A stretch of 64,000 bases of DNA, taken from Candidatus Uhrbacteria bacterium. GTDB lineage: Bacteria > Patescibacteriota > Patescibacteriia > UBA9934 > GWF2-40-263. Below are positions 20,888 to 30,678 of the stretch, in pieces. The position numbers and the translations under genes are program-made. Under the pieces are notes generated by a model. It was not told where the DNA came from and ran no database searches. It saw only the letters and a list, made by a program, of their open reading frames with translations. Every line of letters starts with the position of its first letter. Position 1 is the stretch's first letter. The stretch is taken from NCBI GenBank assembly GCA_016219925.1, contig JACRJU010000015.1, positions 4,672-68,671 on the forward strand, in the 5' to 3' direction.

Positions 20888-21016
20888 GAGTTTTGGCAAG
20901 ATGAATTGGGATAAAAAAATCCAGGCAGAAGGGCCTGGGGAAGAGGTGTGCCGTGTTAGGACGACTTGTCCAGGACGAGCGGGAGGCCGAGCTTGCGCAC
21001 GAGCGCGACGAGCTCA
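20888..21016. repeat. 129-bp identical direct repeat, copy 1 (gene 3' end + terminator)
   Basis: Identical to 21826-21954. Confidence 0.95.
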
Positions 21017-21708
21017 GCGAGCTTCGCCTCGTGAAGCGTGTTCGGACGTGTGTTGGGTGGTGGCGGCTGGGTGAACGCGTGGTCCCCGACTTTATACGTG
21101 ACCACGTTATTGCGTTCGTGACTCCAGTACGTATTCCATCTTCTGAGCGAGCACAGGGCTTCGATCGTTGTGGAGTCGATCGTCTGCCCGTCAAAGTGGA
21201 AGGCTACGTTGAACGTCAGGAGTTGATCGTTCTGGTGAAAGATGAACGTTGCGTAACCAGGAATGTCGCTGAGAGTGCCATCTATGGAGTACTGCCAGCC
21301 ATAGTTTCCAGATGGGACGAACCCGAACCACTCTGTGTCGCTATGTGCCAAGGGTTCGGGTACTGTTGGGACATCCCGCAGAAGGCCTTCGTAGAACCAT
21401 CGGAGCACGTTTGGTCCTGCAAGGGTGGAAGGGCAGGCGCGCTTGAACTCTTGCAGGAGAGTATGATCGTTCGGATGCATGATGGAGTCCACACTTCCGA
21501 CGATACCGGTTCCCGTGTCCAGCAGGTCCTCGCACTCCTGCAGAAGTTGCGCGAAGAGGTCGCGCGTCAGTCGAGCCTCTGGCGGAATGATCGTATTGTG
21601 TAGCCTCTGCAAGCGCGCTACCGAACGCGCACCAAGCACGAGAATGAGGTATGGCATCCACATACCATGTTCCGCGAGTCGGTCTCGTAGTGTCGACTGA
21701 TAGTTCAT
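20956..21708 (-). CDS. Hypothetical protein, paralog 1 of a tandem pair
   Basis: 250 aa; LGARS and P.D..LL.EF.RA shared with the upstream paralog; terminator CCAGGC..GCCTGG-T7. Confidence 0.75.
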   Translation of the reverse strand: MNYQSTLRDRLAEHGMWMPYLILVLGARSVARLQRLHNTIIPPEARLTRDLFAQLLQECEDLLDTGTGIVGSVDSIMHPNDHTLLQEFKRACPSTLAGPNVLRWFYEGLLRDVPTVPEPLAHSDTEWFGFVPSGNYGWQYSIDGTLSDIPGYATFIFHQNDQLLTFNVAFHFDGQTIDSTTIEALCSLRRWNTYWSHERNNVVTYKVGDHAFTQPPPPNTRPNTLHEAKLAELVALVRKLGLPLVLDKSS

Positions 21709-21825
21709 TTCACACCTATTGCCTTGTGTTGCCTTCTGCGATTTCCTTTCTTCTGTTTTTGCGATTTCAAGACCAAGTTGAAATTAGTACGATTGTAATA
21801 AACTGTCAACAACCTCACATTCCAC

Positions 21826-21954
21826 GAGTTTTGGCAAGATGAATTGGGATAAAAAAATCCAGGCAGAAGGGCCTGGGGAAGAGGTGTGCCGTGTTAGGAC
21901 GACTTGTCCAGGACGAGCGGGAGGCCGAGCTTGCGCACGAGCGCGACGAGCTCA
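21826..21954. repeat. 129-bp identical direct repeat, copy 2
   Basis: Identical to 20888-21016. Confidence 0.95.
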
Positions 21955-22705
21955 TTGAGCTTCGCTTGGTCGATCTCGCACTTGTCGGGCAGGTTGGTTT
22001 CCGGAAGCGTGAAGCTGTCATCGGGGAAGATGTAGAAGATCTCGTACCTCTCTCCGTGAACGCTGTAGGAGCAATCCCAGGGGGAGGAAGTTCGAGAAGC
22101 GCTGAAGTCGTCAGGTGCTCAAGCTGTGAGGCCTTGAGGTGCACATGGACGATCAGCATCCGTTCCGTCTTGGTGGCGATGTAGCCTTTGGGGAGTACGA
22201 CTCCTTCGGGCAGATCCGTCTTGCTGTTGTGAAGACGGAAGGTGAAGGTCACAGGGCAGGAGACCTCGCCCAGTATGCACTTGATCCACGTTCCCAGACC
22301 GTCTTCGTCGGACACGAGGATGTCGCGGTTCCAGAGGTCTCCGTCTGGGATGGGCGTCTGCTTGCTGTGTTCGCTCAGGAGGGTTTGGTAGTACCTCTGA
22401 AGCGTTGCCGGTTTTTGGGAATTTCCTCTGCGAGCGCGGTTGAACTCCCGCAGGAGCATCTCGTCGCTGGGACGCGCGAAGCGGCTCGAGCGTTTGGCGT
22501 CGCCTTCTCCCGTCTCCAGCATCCGTTCGCGTTCCTGCTTGAGCGCGATGAAGAGGTTACGAGGAAGCCGACACTCCAGAGGGATCACCTTGTCGTGTAG
22601 ATGCTGGAAGTGCGTTGCGGAACGCGCTCCCAGCATGAGAATGACGAAGGCCGTCCGCAGCCCGTACCTGTCCAGCAGGTCGAGCGTTGGAAACTCACTG
22701 TTCAT
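21894..22705 (-). pseudogene. Paralog 2 of the tandem pair, frameshifted near 22080-22084
   Basis: N-terminus aligns with paralog 1; the homologous C-terminus ...ELVALVRKLGLPLVLDKSS* lies in another frame. Confidence 0.7.
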
Positions 22706-22949
22706 GGGTATCACCGTGTTGGTCTTTGAACTTTTCCTAAACCGCCAAGCGGCTGCATGCGGGTGACCATTTCCGCACGCAAGGATTCTGCTCGTCCTAT
22801 GGACGCTTTCACTGCAGAGTGTCCATCGGGTCGCGTCAAAGACGTTTGCTCACCATGAGCTGACCCGTTTTTCCGTCCTATGGACGGCTTCCTTTGTGAT
22901 GGAAGGAAGAAGTATAAGTTAGCTCACCTGTGATAAACTGTCAACATCT

Positions 22950-25550
22950 ATGATTCCTTTCGCCTCGTGGCATACCGAGCCCTTTTCCGCTGTTCTTAAA
23001 GCATTTGAAACGACCACGCAGGGATTAGCCGATGCAGAAGTTCTTGCTCGACAAAAAAGTTTTGGTTTGAATGAACTCCCCAAAGAGAAATCGGTTTTCT
23101 GGTGGGTTATTTTTGGTCGTCAGTTTTTGAGTCCGCTCATGCTGATTCTGATCGTCGCTTCAATCCTTTCTGGATTGTTAGGAGATCCGATTGATGCCGC
23201 GGTTATTTTTGCCGCTGTCGTGCTTAATACCGTCATTGGCTTTGTTCAGGAATTCAAAGCAGACCGCGCTCTGACTCGGCTCCAATCGCTTGTGAAGCCT
23301 GTGGCTCTCGTGCGACGCGCAGGTCGTACTGTGAAAGTGAAGGCACGTGATTTGGTCCCCGGAGATATTTTGCTTTTACATCTAGGCGATCAGGTGAGCG
23401 CGGATGCGCGCTTGATCGAGTCTGTTGAACTTCAAGTCAACGAAGCGCCTCTGACTGGCGAATCTTTGCCCGTCCTTAAACACGTCGAGCCGCTTGGAAA
23501 AACGGTTGCGCTTGCCGAGCGCGCTGATATGGTTTTTGCGGGTACCAGCATTGTCGGCGGACACGGACAAGCCGTCGTGGTTGCAACGGGGTTGCAAACG
23601 CAGATCGGCAACATTGCCAACCTTATTGCCACCACCGATGAGACACAGACGCCGCTTCAACAACAGCTCGTTCATCTCGCGCATTGGATTTCTTTTCTTG
23701 TTGTTGGTTTGGTCGCGATTTTATTTGTGTTGGGCGTTGTCGTTGGTCGCGATACCTTGCAGATGTTTGAAGTCGCCGTCGCTCTTGCGGTCGCGGCGAT
23801 TCCCGAAGGTCTCGCGGTTTCGGTGACCATTATTTTAGCGATCGGGATGCAGCGGATTTTGAAGCGCCGAGCCCTCGTTCGCAAAATGATCGGAGCCGAA
23901 ACGCTTGGGAGTGTTTCGGTGATTTGTTTTGATAAAACCGGGACGCTCACGCAGGGAGAAATGCGTGTGACATTCGTCCTCTTGCCCGATCAAACTGTTG
24001 ACGCCGCGCGCGTCCATGAAAAATCAGATGGACCTATCAGAGAACTGCTTGAAGATTTGGTCCTTTGTAATGATGCCCAGCGGGCAGACGGACAAGACGG
24101 GAAGGAGATTTCGGGAAGCCCAACTGAGCGCGCGCTCTTGGCATTTGTCATGGAATCCGGGGTTGATGTGCAAAAGGCGCGCGACCATGCTCCCCGCGTG
24201 AGCGAAATTTCTTTTGACTCTTCGCGCAAGTTTCATCTCACTCAACATCAATACGGCGATGCGTTCCGAACGGTCATGACCGGCGCTCCAGCAAAAATTT
24301 TAGCGGCGTGCGATTTATCCGAACATAAGCGCGTTTCCATTGAGAAGCAGATTGAGGATTTTGCAAAAAAAGGTTTGCGATTGGTGGCGGTAGCTCGAAG
24401 AACGGATATCAAACCGTTCGAACATTCTTCTACAAAAGATTTGGAAGGATTCGATTATCTAGGTTTGGTGGTTCTCCAAGATCCTTTGCGCCTGAACATC
24501 CAGGAAGAGATCGCTGTGGCGCTCCGCGCGGGGATCCGTCCCGTCATGATCACAGGCGATCATCCAGAGACAGCGCGCTGGATTGCCCAGCAAGCCGGCA
24601 TCGAAGCGACGAGCACCTCTGTTCTCACGGGTTCGCAACTAGATGAGTGGGATGATGAGCGGCTCGCAAAGCATATTACGGAAATTGCCGTTTTTGCCCG
24701 CGTCGAACCGCGGCATAAAATGCGTATCGTTCAAGCTTGGCAAAAACACGGAGAGGTGGTGGCGATGACCGGTGACGGTGTGAACGATGCACCGGCGCTT
24801 AAAGCGGCGGATATCGGGATTGCGATGGGGTCGGGGACCGAAGTGGCCAAGCAGGCGAGCGATCTCGTTCTTTTGGACAACAATTTTGCCACGATCACTT
24901 CGGCTGTGGCGGAAGGCCGCGCGATGTTCGATAACATTCGAAAATCCTCCGCCTATCTTTTGGCGGATAGCTTTACCGAAATCATTTTAATCGCCGGGTC
25001 CTTGTTACTCGGACTTCCGACGCCGCTTCTTCCCATTCAAATTCTTTGGATCAATTTAATTTCTGACAGTCTGCCCAATATCGGTCTCACTCTTGAACCG
25101 GCTGAAAAAGATGTGATGACCCAACCACCTCGTCAGCGCACGGAAGCCGTTTTGAACAAAGAAGTAACCGTGATGATTTTCACCATCGGCATCGTGACGG
25201 ATCTCATTTTGTTCATCCTCTATTTTTTACTCCTGCGGTCACTTGGCTCCATTACGGAAGTGCGCACGATTCTGTTTATGGCGGTCGGGATTGATTCGTT
25301 GTTTTACATCTTCGCCCTGCGCAGTTTTCGCCGGACAATTTTTTCTCTCAACCCGTTTTCCAACCTCTGGCTTGTCGGCGGCGTGCTGATCGGTTTTGCC
25401 CTGATGCTCTTGCCTCTCGTTCATCCAGTTCTACGCGACGTGTTTAGCCTCTCCGTCCTGCGCTTGTCCGATTGGCTGGTCTTGCTTATGATGGGGCTGG
25501 TTAAGTTGATCATGATTGAAGCCGTTAAAGAACGCTATTTCTCCGTATGA
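22950..25550 (+). CDS. Cation-transporting P-type ATPase (P2A, Ca2+-like)
   Basis: TGES, AIPEGL, DKTGTLT, TGDH, GDGVNDAPALK, QILWINL. Confidence 0.93.
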   Translation: MIPFASWHTEPFSAVLKAFETTTQGLADAEVLARQKSFGLNELPKEKSVFWWVIFGRQFLSPLMLILIVASILSGLLGDPIDAAVIFAAVVLNTVIGFVQEFKADRALTRLQSLVKPVALVRRAGRTVKVKARDLVPGDILLLHLGDQVSADARLIESVELQVNEAPLTGESLPVLKHVEPLGKTVALAERADMVFAGTSIVGGHGQAVVVATGLQTQIGNIANLIATTDETQTPLQQQLVHLAHWISFLVVGLVAILFVLGVVVGRDTLQMFEVAVALAVAAIPEGLAVSVTIILAIGMQRILKRRALVRKMIGAETLGSVSVICFDKTGTLTQGEMRVTFVLLPDQTVDAARVHEKSDGPIRELLEDLVLCNDAQRADGQDGKEISGSPTERALLAFVMESGVDVQKARDHAPRVSEISFDSSRKFHLTQHQYGDAFRTVMTGAPAKILAACDLSEHKRVSIEKQIEDFAKKGLRLVAVARRTDIKPFEHSSTKDLEGFDYLGLVVLQDPLRLNIQEEIAVALRAGIRPVMITGDHPETARWIAQQAGIEATSTSVLTGSQLDEWDDERLAKHITEIAVFARVEPRHKMRIVQAWQKHGEVVAMTGDGVNDAPALKAADIGIAMGSGTEVAKQASDLVLLDNNFATITSAVAEGRAMFDNIRKSSAYLLADSFTEIILIAGSLLLGLPTPLLPIQILWINLISDSLPNIGLTLEPAEKDVMTQPPRQRTEAVLNKEVTVMIFTIGIVTDLILFILYFLLLRSLGSITEVRTILFMAVGIDSLFYIFALRSFRRTIFSLNPFSNLWLVGGVLIGFALMLLPLVHPVLRDVFSLSVLRLSDWLVLLMMGLVKLIMIEAVKERYFSV

Positions 25551-26146
25551 AGCCTTCAGCCTTTTTTGCAAAACTGCGCGTTTCACATCGCGCGCATGAA
25601 CAGCTTCGTCGCGAAGTGATCGCGCTGTCCAATCAGGCTCTTTCAACCAGCAAGCGCGCCATTTTTGCGATGCATCGCGATGATCGCGCAGGGGCGTCAA
25701 CTCTTCTGGCTCAAGCCGATGCATTGTTCAAGAAGGCTGAACGATTATTTAAGCGAGAAGCGGCGCTGGCCCACGAGGGGGCGTATCGCGCGGCGCTTGA
25801 GGAGTATGCGGAGGCTTTGTTGTTCTTACAGTATTTGGAAAAAGGGAAGCTCGGGCCGATTGATCCGCGCGCCATGGAATCGCTCGTGTATCTGGCGGGT
25901 CTGTGTGATACGACCGGCGAGATTGTCCGCTATACCTTAAGGCAAGTGACGCTTGGCAACATACGCCTCGTGACGCTCGCGCGTGACACCGTCGAGATGG
26001 TCATCGAATTTTTGCTCGATTTGGATGCCACGGGCTATCTGCGCACCAAAGCCGATCAAGCCAAAGGAAATCTCAAACGTTTGGAAGAAATTCTCTATGA
26101 CCTTTCTTTGCGACAATCCGTGGATCTTCCATCGCGACGAAGTTGA
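25547..26146 (+). CDS. Translin/TRAX (C3PO) family protein
   Basis: SKRAIFAMHR, EEYAEA, YLAGLCDTTGEIVR, LRTK.D. Confidence 0.85.
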   Translation: MKPSAFFAKLRVSHRAHEQLRREVIALSNQALSTSKRAIFAMHRDDRAGASTLLAQADALFKKAERLFKREAALAHEGAYRAALEEYAEALLFLQYLEKGKLGPIDPRAMESLVYLAGLCDTTGEIVRYTLRQVTLGNIRLVTLARDTVEMVIEFLLDLDATGYLRTKADQAKGNLKRLEEILYDLSLRQSVDLPSRRS

Positions 26147-26726
26147 TCTGTTGGAAGAGGAGATGGACGAGATTTTTCGTCGTCATCGCGCAGAACCGAA
26201 TCATAGCGGTTCGCAAATGGAAGATCGTGTGCTGAAGGAGCAAACCGATTTGGAAGAGATAGCCGAAGCCGAGTTGACGCTCCAGATCGGCCCCGAGTAC
26301 TTATTATCGCCGCACGATCAGGAGTTCGAGACGGATGATATCGTTGAGCGACCCATTTTGAATACCCTTAAAGAACAGGCCGCGCGCGATGGGTTGTATC
26401 AGCGTGTGTACCTGTGGGCCAAGGACGTCTTTCACTTCGCGCATCAGGCTTATCAAGTTTCCGGTCGTACAGACGAAGGGCTCTTTCGTACCTATCTTAC
26501 AGTGAAGATGATCCCGATCAAACTCATGGCGATATCTACAGAGAGTCGAATTGGAGATGCGATAAGCGATCAGATCGCCAAAAAAGAATTCGCCTTGTGC
26601 CTGACGTATTTTGAACGAGCACTTGACGGACTCAAACGCCGTTCTCTTTTGGCTGACGAAGAGGCGATTATGCTTTATAAGCAAGGCAAGATGCTTGTGC
26701 AAGCGATCAAAACACGAGGCCTATGA
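26097..26726 (+). CDS. Hypothetical protein with acidic N-terminus
   Basis: Overlaps the end of translin and the start of the GT2 gene. Confidence 0.65.
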   Translation: MTFLCDNPWIFHRDEVDLLEEEMDEIFRRHRAEPNHSGSQMEDRVLKEQTDLEEIAEAELTLQIGPEYLLSPHDQEFETDDIVERPILNTLKEQAARDGLYQRVYLWAKDVFHFAHQAYQVSGRTDEGLFRTYLTVKMIPIKLMAISTESRIGDAISDQIAKKEFALCLTYFERALDGLKRRSLLADEEAIMLYKQGKMLVQAIKTRGL

Positions 26727-27385
26727 ATCGACCTTCCGTCTGCGCCATCATTCCCGCTTTTAATGAAGAGACGACGATCGCCCAAGTCGTCCGTCCGCTT
26801 GTGACGTCTGAAGGGATTGATGAAGTCGTGGTCGTGTCGGATGGTTCAACCGATGAGACAGCACATCTGGCTCGTCGGGAAGGGGCGACGGTTTTGGAAC
26901 TGCCACGTCGCGGAGGAAAAGGCGAAGCGATGCATTTCGGCGTTGAACAGACGACGGCGCAGGTGCTCGCTTTTTTTGATGCGGATTTGCGCGGGCTCAC
27001 GCATGAGCATGTCGAGCGGTTGTTGCTTCCCGTGGTGAATGGAGGGCGATGGATGAATGTTGGTATTCGCGACCGCGGCCGTCTTTGGACATGGGTTTCC
27101 CACCACCTCCCTTTGATTAGCGGGGAGCGAGCTATGCGTCGCGAGGTTTTTGAAGGCATTCCAGCCGAGTATTTGCATGGGTTTATGGTTGAAACTTCTC
27201 TCAATTACTATTGCCGGACGCATCGTCTACGCTATGGGGCCGTGGATTTGCCCGGCTTGTCCATTCGGCGCAAGTACGAAAAAGTGTCCTGGCCCCGGGC
27301 TGTGGTACAATATACTCGTATGTTTTGGCAGGTTGGCGAAGCGATGCTCGTTGTACGCCTCGCTCGTTTATTAAAGAGATTTTAA
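26723..27385 (+). CDS. Glycosyltransferase family 2
   Basis: IIPAFNEE, VSDGSTDET, GKGEA, FFDAD. Confidence 0.9.
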   Translation: MNRPSVCAIIPAFNEETTIAQVVRPLVTSEGIDEVVVVSDGSTDETAHLARREGATVLELPRRGGKGEAMHFGVEQTTAQVLAFFDADLRGLTHEHVERLLLPVVNGGRWMNVGIRDRGRLWTWVSHHLPLISGERAMRREVFEGIPAEYLHGFMVETSLNYYCRTHRLRYGAVDLPGLSIRRKYEKVSWPRAVVQYTRMFWQVGEAMLVVRLARLLKRF

Positions 27386-27388
27386 TTT

Positions 27389-28870
27389 ATGGCGCCCCTC
27401 GATCTCTCTTCCATAGAAAATTTCAAAGATGCGATGGTGACCGTGATGGGTCTGGGTCGTTTCAAGCAGGGGAGCGGCGTTGGCGCGGCCAAATGGCTCA
27501 TGCGCCACGGCGCACAGATCGTCATCACAGATCTCAAAACCGAAGCTGAACTGCAAGAGTCGGTTGATGAAATCACCAAGTGGTATACCCAGTATAAAAA
27601 GGAATACAAAGATCGGCCGATTTATGCGCCGGTATTTGTATTGGGTGAGCACCACGAGGATGATTTCACCAACGTAGATTTGGTGATGCAAAATCCCGGT
27701 GTGGTGCGCGAATCCGAGTTCGTTCAGCTCGCGAAGCAAAACGGCATTCATGTGGAAAGCGACGTTTCGCTGTTTTTTCGTTACTGCCCATTTCTGATTT
27801 ATAGCGTGACCGGCACGCGCGGCAAGTCCACCACAACCGCCCTGCTCGGCGAAATGTTGCGCAACCTTCACCCCAAAGCCGTCATCGCGGGAAACATCAC
27901 ACGCTCGCCGCTTGAGGACTTGGATTGGTTGCTTGAGGAAAAAGCGCCGGTGCCGATCGTTCTTGAATTGTCCTCCTGGCTTTTGGAAAGTTTGGAAGGG
28001 CTGGGCATCGGCCCGCAAATCGCTCTGCTCACCAATGCCTACAAAGATCATCTCGACCGATACAAATCTTTTGAACATTACCTGTGGGCGAAGGAACTTA
28101 TTTTCAAAGAACAAAAACCAGATCAATACGCCCTATTGAATGCCGATCAGGAGTTGATGGATGAGATCGCTTCGCGCATTGTCTCCAAGAATGTTTATTG
28201 GTTTTCTTCTAAACCGCTTCCATCGGGCAAGGAAGGCGTGTTTAGCGATGGCGACGAGCTGAAGCGCTCGATTGGCGGCGAGGTGAAAACCTTCGCTCAT
28301 GTCCATGACCTCACGACGCTTAAGGGGGAGCACAACGTGATGAATGCGCTTGGCGCTTCACTGGCCGCGCATCTAGGCGGGGTTTCTGATCAACAGATTC
28401 ATCAGGCTTTGAAAGCTTTTGTTGGCCTTCCGGGGCGTCAGCAGATTTTGGGTGAGCTTGAAGGCGTGGTTTATGTAAACGATACCACCGCGACATCGCC
28501 CGAAGGGGTGATAGCCGCGCTCAAGCGATTCGGCAACGGTGGGAACATCATTTTGATCGCCGGAGGATCTTCCAAAGGCTTGGGGTTTGATGAGATGGCG
28601 GCGCTGGTGCGAATGCAATGCAAATATGTTGTGCTTTTCGAAGGAACCGCGCTTGATGACCTTTCGCGCGCGATTGGCCCGGATGTTCCGATGGCGCGTG
28701 CGGGGTCCATGGCTGATGCCATGAAATCAGCAGGCGCTCAAGCCAAACTTGGCGATGTGATCTTGCTTTCGCCGGGCACGTCCAGTTTCGGCATCTTCAA
28801 AAACGAATTCGATCGCGGCGAACAATTTAATGCGGCGTTTGAGCAAATCAAAAAATCCGCACAATCGTAG
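27389..28870 (+). CDS. murD: UDP-N-acetylmuramoyl-L-alanine--D-glutamate ligase
   Basis: GTRGKSTTT, ELSSW, DHLDRY, NDTTAT, LLSPG.SSF..F.NEFDRG. Confidence 0.93.
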   Translation: MAPLDLSSIENFKDAMVTVMGLGRFKQGSGVGAAKWLMRHGAQIVITDLKTEAELQESVDEITKWYTQYKKEYKDRPIYAPVFVLGEHHEDDFTNVDLVMQNPGVVRESEFVQLAKQNGIHVESDVSLFFRYCPFLIYSVTGTRGKSTTTALLGEMLRNLHPKAVIAGNITRSPLEDLDWLLEEKAPVPIVLELSSWLLESLEGLGIGPQIALLTNAYKDHLDRYKSFEHYLWAKELIFKEQKPDQYALLNADQELMDEIASRIVSKNVYWFSSKPLPSGKEGVFSDGDELKRSIGGEVKTFAHVHDLTTLKGEHNVMNALGASLAAHLGGVSDQQIHQALKAFVGLPGRQQILGELEGVVYVNDTTATSPEGVIAALKRFGNGGNIILIAGGSSKGLGFDEMAALVRMQCKYVVLFEGTALDDLSRAIGPDVPMARAGSMADAMKSAGAQAKLGDVILLSPGTSSFGIFKNEFDRGEQFNAAFEQIKKSAQS

Positions 28871-28879
28871 GTGATGACT

Positions 28880-30169
28880 ATGCCTATGGTGCTATCCCTT
28901 ATTCGCCGCTTCGTGCCAAAGCCCGTGTTCGGCGCCTACCACTTTGTCCTCGCGTTGATCGCTGCCGCCGTGTATCGACATCCTTCCGAGAAATTGATCG
29001 TTGTGGGGGTTACGGGTACAAATGGAAAATCTTCGACCGTGCAATTCATCGGCCGGATTCTTGAACATACGGGCAGACGTGTGGGGTGGACGACGACGGT
29101 CGGATTCAAAATCGCTGAGCGCGAATGGGTGAACGATAAAAAAATGACGATGCTCGGCCGGTTTCAAACCCAGCGTTTCTTGCGCCAGATGGTCGATGCT
29201 GGTTGCGCAGTGGCGATCATCGAGACGTCTTCGCAAGGAATTGCGCAATCGCGACACGTTGGCATTCATTACGATATAGCCGTTTTTACAAATTTGACTC
29301 CAGAACACATCGAAGCCCACGGTGGCTTCGAAGCTTATAAAGCGGCCAAGGGAAAATTGTTTGCGGCGTTGGCACGAGCGAAAGAGAAAACGATCCATGG
29401 AACACCGGTGAAAAAAGCGAGCGTGGTGAATGTTCTGGATGAGCATGCCGCGTATGTGCTTTCGTTTGGAGCCGGGCAGGCGTATCCCTTTGGCAAGCAG
29501 GCGACGGATGTGGTGATGAACAAAAACGGCACAACGTTTTCGATCGCAGATACCGCGTTTCATTTCAAACCAATCGGACGGTTTAATTTTGAAAATGTCC
29601 TTGCCGCGATCACCACCTGTCAGGCTCTTGGATTGACCCTTCGTGATATCGCTGATGGGGTTTCACGTTTAGAGCCCGTTCCGGGACGACTGGAGGTTAT
29701 TGACGAGGGTCAGTCTTTTACGGTCATTGTGGATTACGCGCCAGAACCCGCGGCGTTGAATGCCACCTATGAGGCGCTTGCGCTTATCGGAGGACGACGC
29801 TTAATCCATGTACTTGGTTCAACAGGAGGCGGGCGTGATGTGGCGCGACGCCGTGTGTTGGGCCAGATGGCCGCAGGGCACGCCGCGATTGTGATCGTCA
29901 CCAATGAAGATCCATATGATGATGACCCCAGCGCGATCATTGAAGATGTTGCGGCCGGCGCGCGTGAACATGGCAAGCGTGATGGGATCGATTTGTTTGC
30001 TCTTTTGGATCGTCAAGAAGCCGTGAACAAAGCCATGGCCATTGCGCAGGAAGGCGACATCGTGCTGATGACCGGAAAGGGAAGTGAACCGGTGATGGCC
30101 GTCGCCCACGGCCGAAAAATTCCTTGGGATGATCGAGCCGCCGCGCGGAAAGCCTTGCACCACTTATGA
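28880..30169 (+). CDS. murE: UDP-MurNAc-tripeptide synthetase
   Basis: GVTGTNGKSST, ETSSQG, FTNLTPEH, PGRLE, VDYA, GKGSE. Confidence 0.88.
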   Translation: MPMVLSLIRRFVPKPVFGAYHFVLALIAAAVYRHPSEKLIVVGVTGTNGKSSTVQFIGRILEHTGRRVGWTTTVGFKIAEREWVNDKKMTMLGRFQTQRFLRQMVDAGCAVAIIETSSQGIAQSRHVGIHYDIAVFTNLTPEHIEAHGGFEAYKAAKGKLFAALARAKEKTIHGTPVKKASVVNVLDEHAAYVLSFGAGQAYPFGKQATDVVMNKNGTTFSIADTAFHFKPIGRFNFENVLAAITTCQALGLTLRDIADGVSRLEPVPGRLEVIDEGQSFTVIVDYAPEPAALNATYEALALIGGRRLIHVLGSTGGGRDVARRRVLGQMAAGHAAIVIVTNEDPYDDDPSAIIEDVAAGAREHGKRDGIDLFALLDRQEAVNKAMAIAQEGDIVLMTGKGSEPVMAVAHGRKIPWDDRAAARKALHHL

Positions 30170-30675
30170 AATCTTCACGATCTTTTGAACTTAAACCCCA
30201 CGAAGAAGCGCTTGCCACCGTTCGTCAGGCCATTCTTCCAAACAGCCCGAAGTTTATGATCTACATCGTGTGGCTTTTGATTCCGTTTTTCTTTTTGTTC
30301 CCTTTGTTTCGTCTGGGCATCGGCGGAGTTGCGGTTTTTTTCGGACTCGTGATTTCAGGCGGCCTCTTGCTTCTGCGACAATATATTCGTTGGTCGGGAA
30401 CGCATTTGATTTTGACGGACAAGCGCGTGGTGGACATTGAACAGCGTGGCTTCTTCGATCGTGTAGTGACCGAGGCGCCATATACGCAAATTGACGAAGC
30501 GAGCTACCGTATCAAAGGATTTTGGGCGACGGTGTTGCGCTATGGGAGTGTGCGTTTTGATCTTTCAGGCTCCGCGGCCGATATCCAATTTGATCACATC
30601 AATCGTCCGGCGCGAATTCATAATCTCGTTAATGATTTGCGTGAAGAACATCGCAAAGAAGATCTCGCGCTTTAA
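30166..30675 (+). CDS. Membrane protein with bacterial PH-like domain
   Basis: Two TM segments then LTDKRVVDIEQRGFF..YG.V. Confidence 0.7.
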   Translation: MKSSRSFELKPHEEALATVRQAILPNSPKFMIYIVWLLIPFFFLFPLFRLGIGGVAVFFGLVISGGLLLLRQYIRWSGTHLILTDKRVVDIEQRGFFDRVVTEAPYTQIDEASYRIKGFWATVLRYGSVRFDLSGSAADIQFDHINRPARIHNLVNDLREEHRKEDLAL

Positions 30676-30678
30676 TCC

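Noticed and set aside
20888-21965. Diversity-generating retroelement TR/VR pair
   Set aside because: The repeat is identical rather than showing scattered adenine-specific mismatches, both copies are gene ends with terminators, and no reverse transcriptase is present in the window.
20778-22946. tRNA-targeted integrative element or prophage
   Set aside because: The orphan genes lie 5' of tRNA-Lys; there is no tRNA 3' duplication and no integrase.
28868-28873. murD-murE fusion by TAG readthrough, or amber recoding
   Set aside because: Both proteins are complete on their own, and TAG is an ordinary stop elsewhere (mraY, mraZ, 51892).
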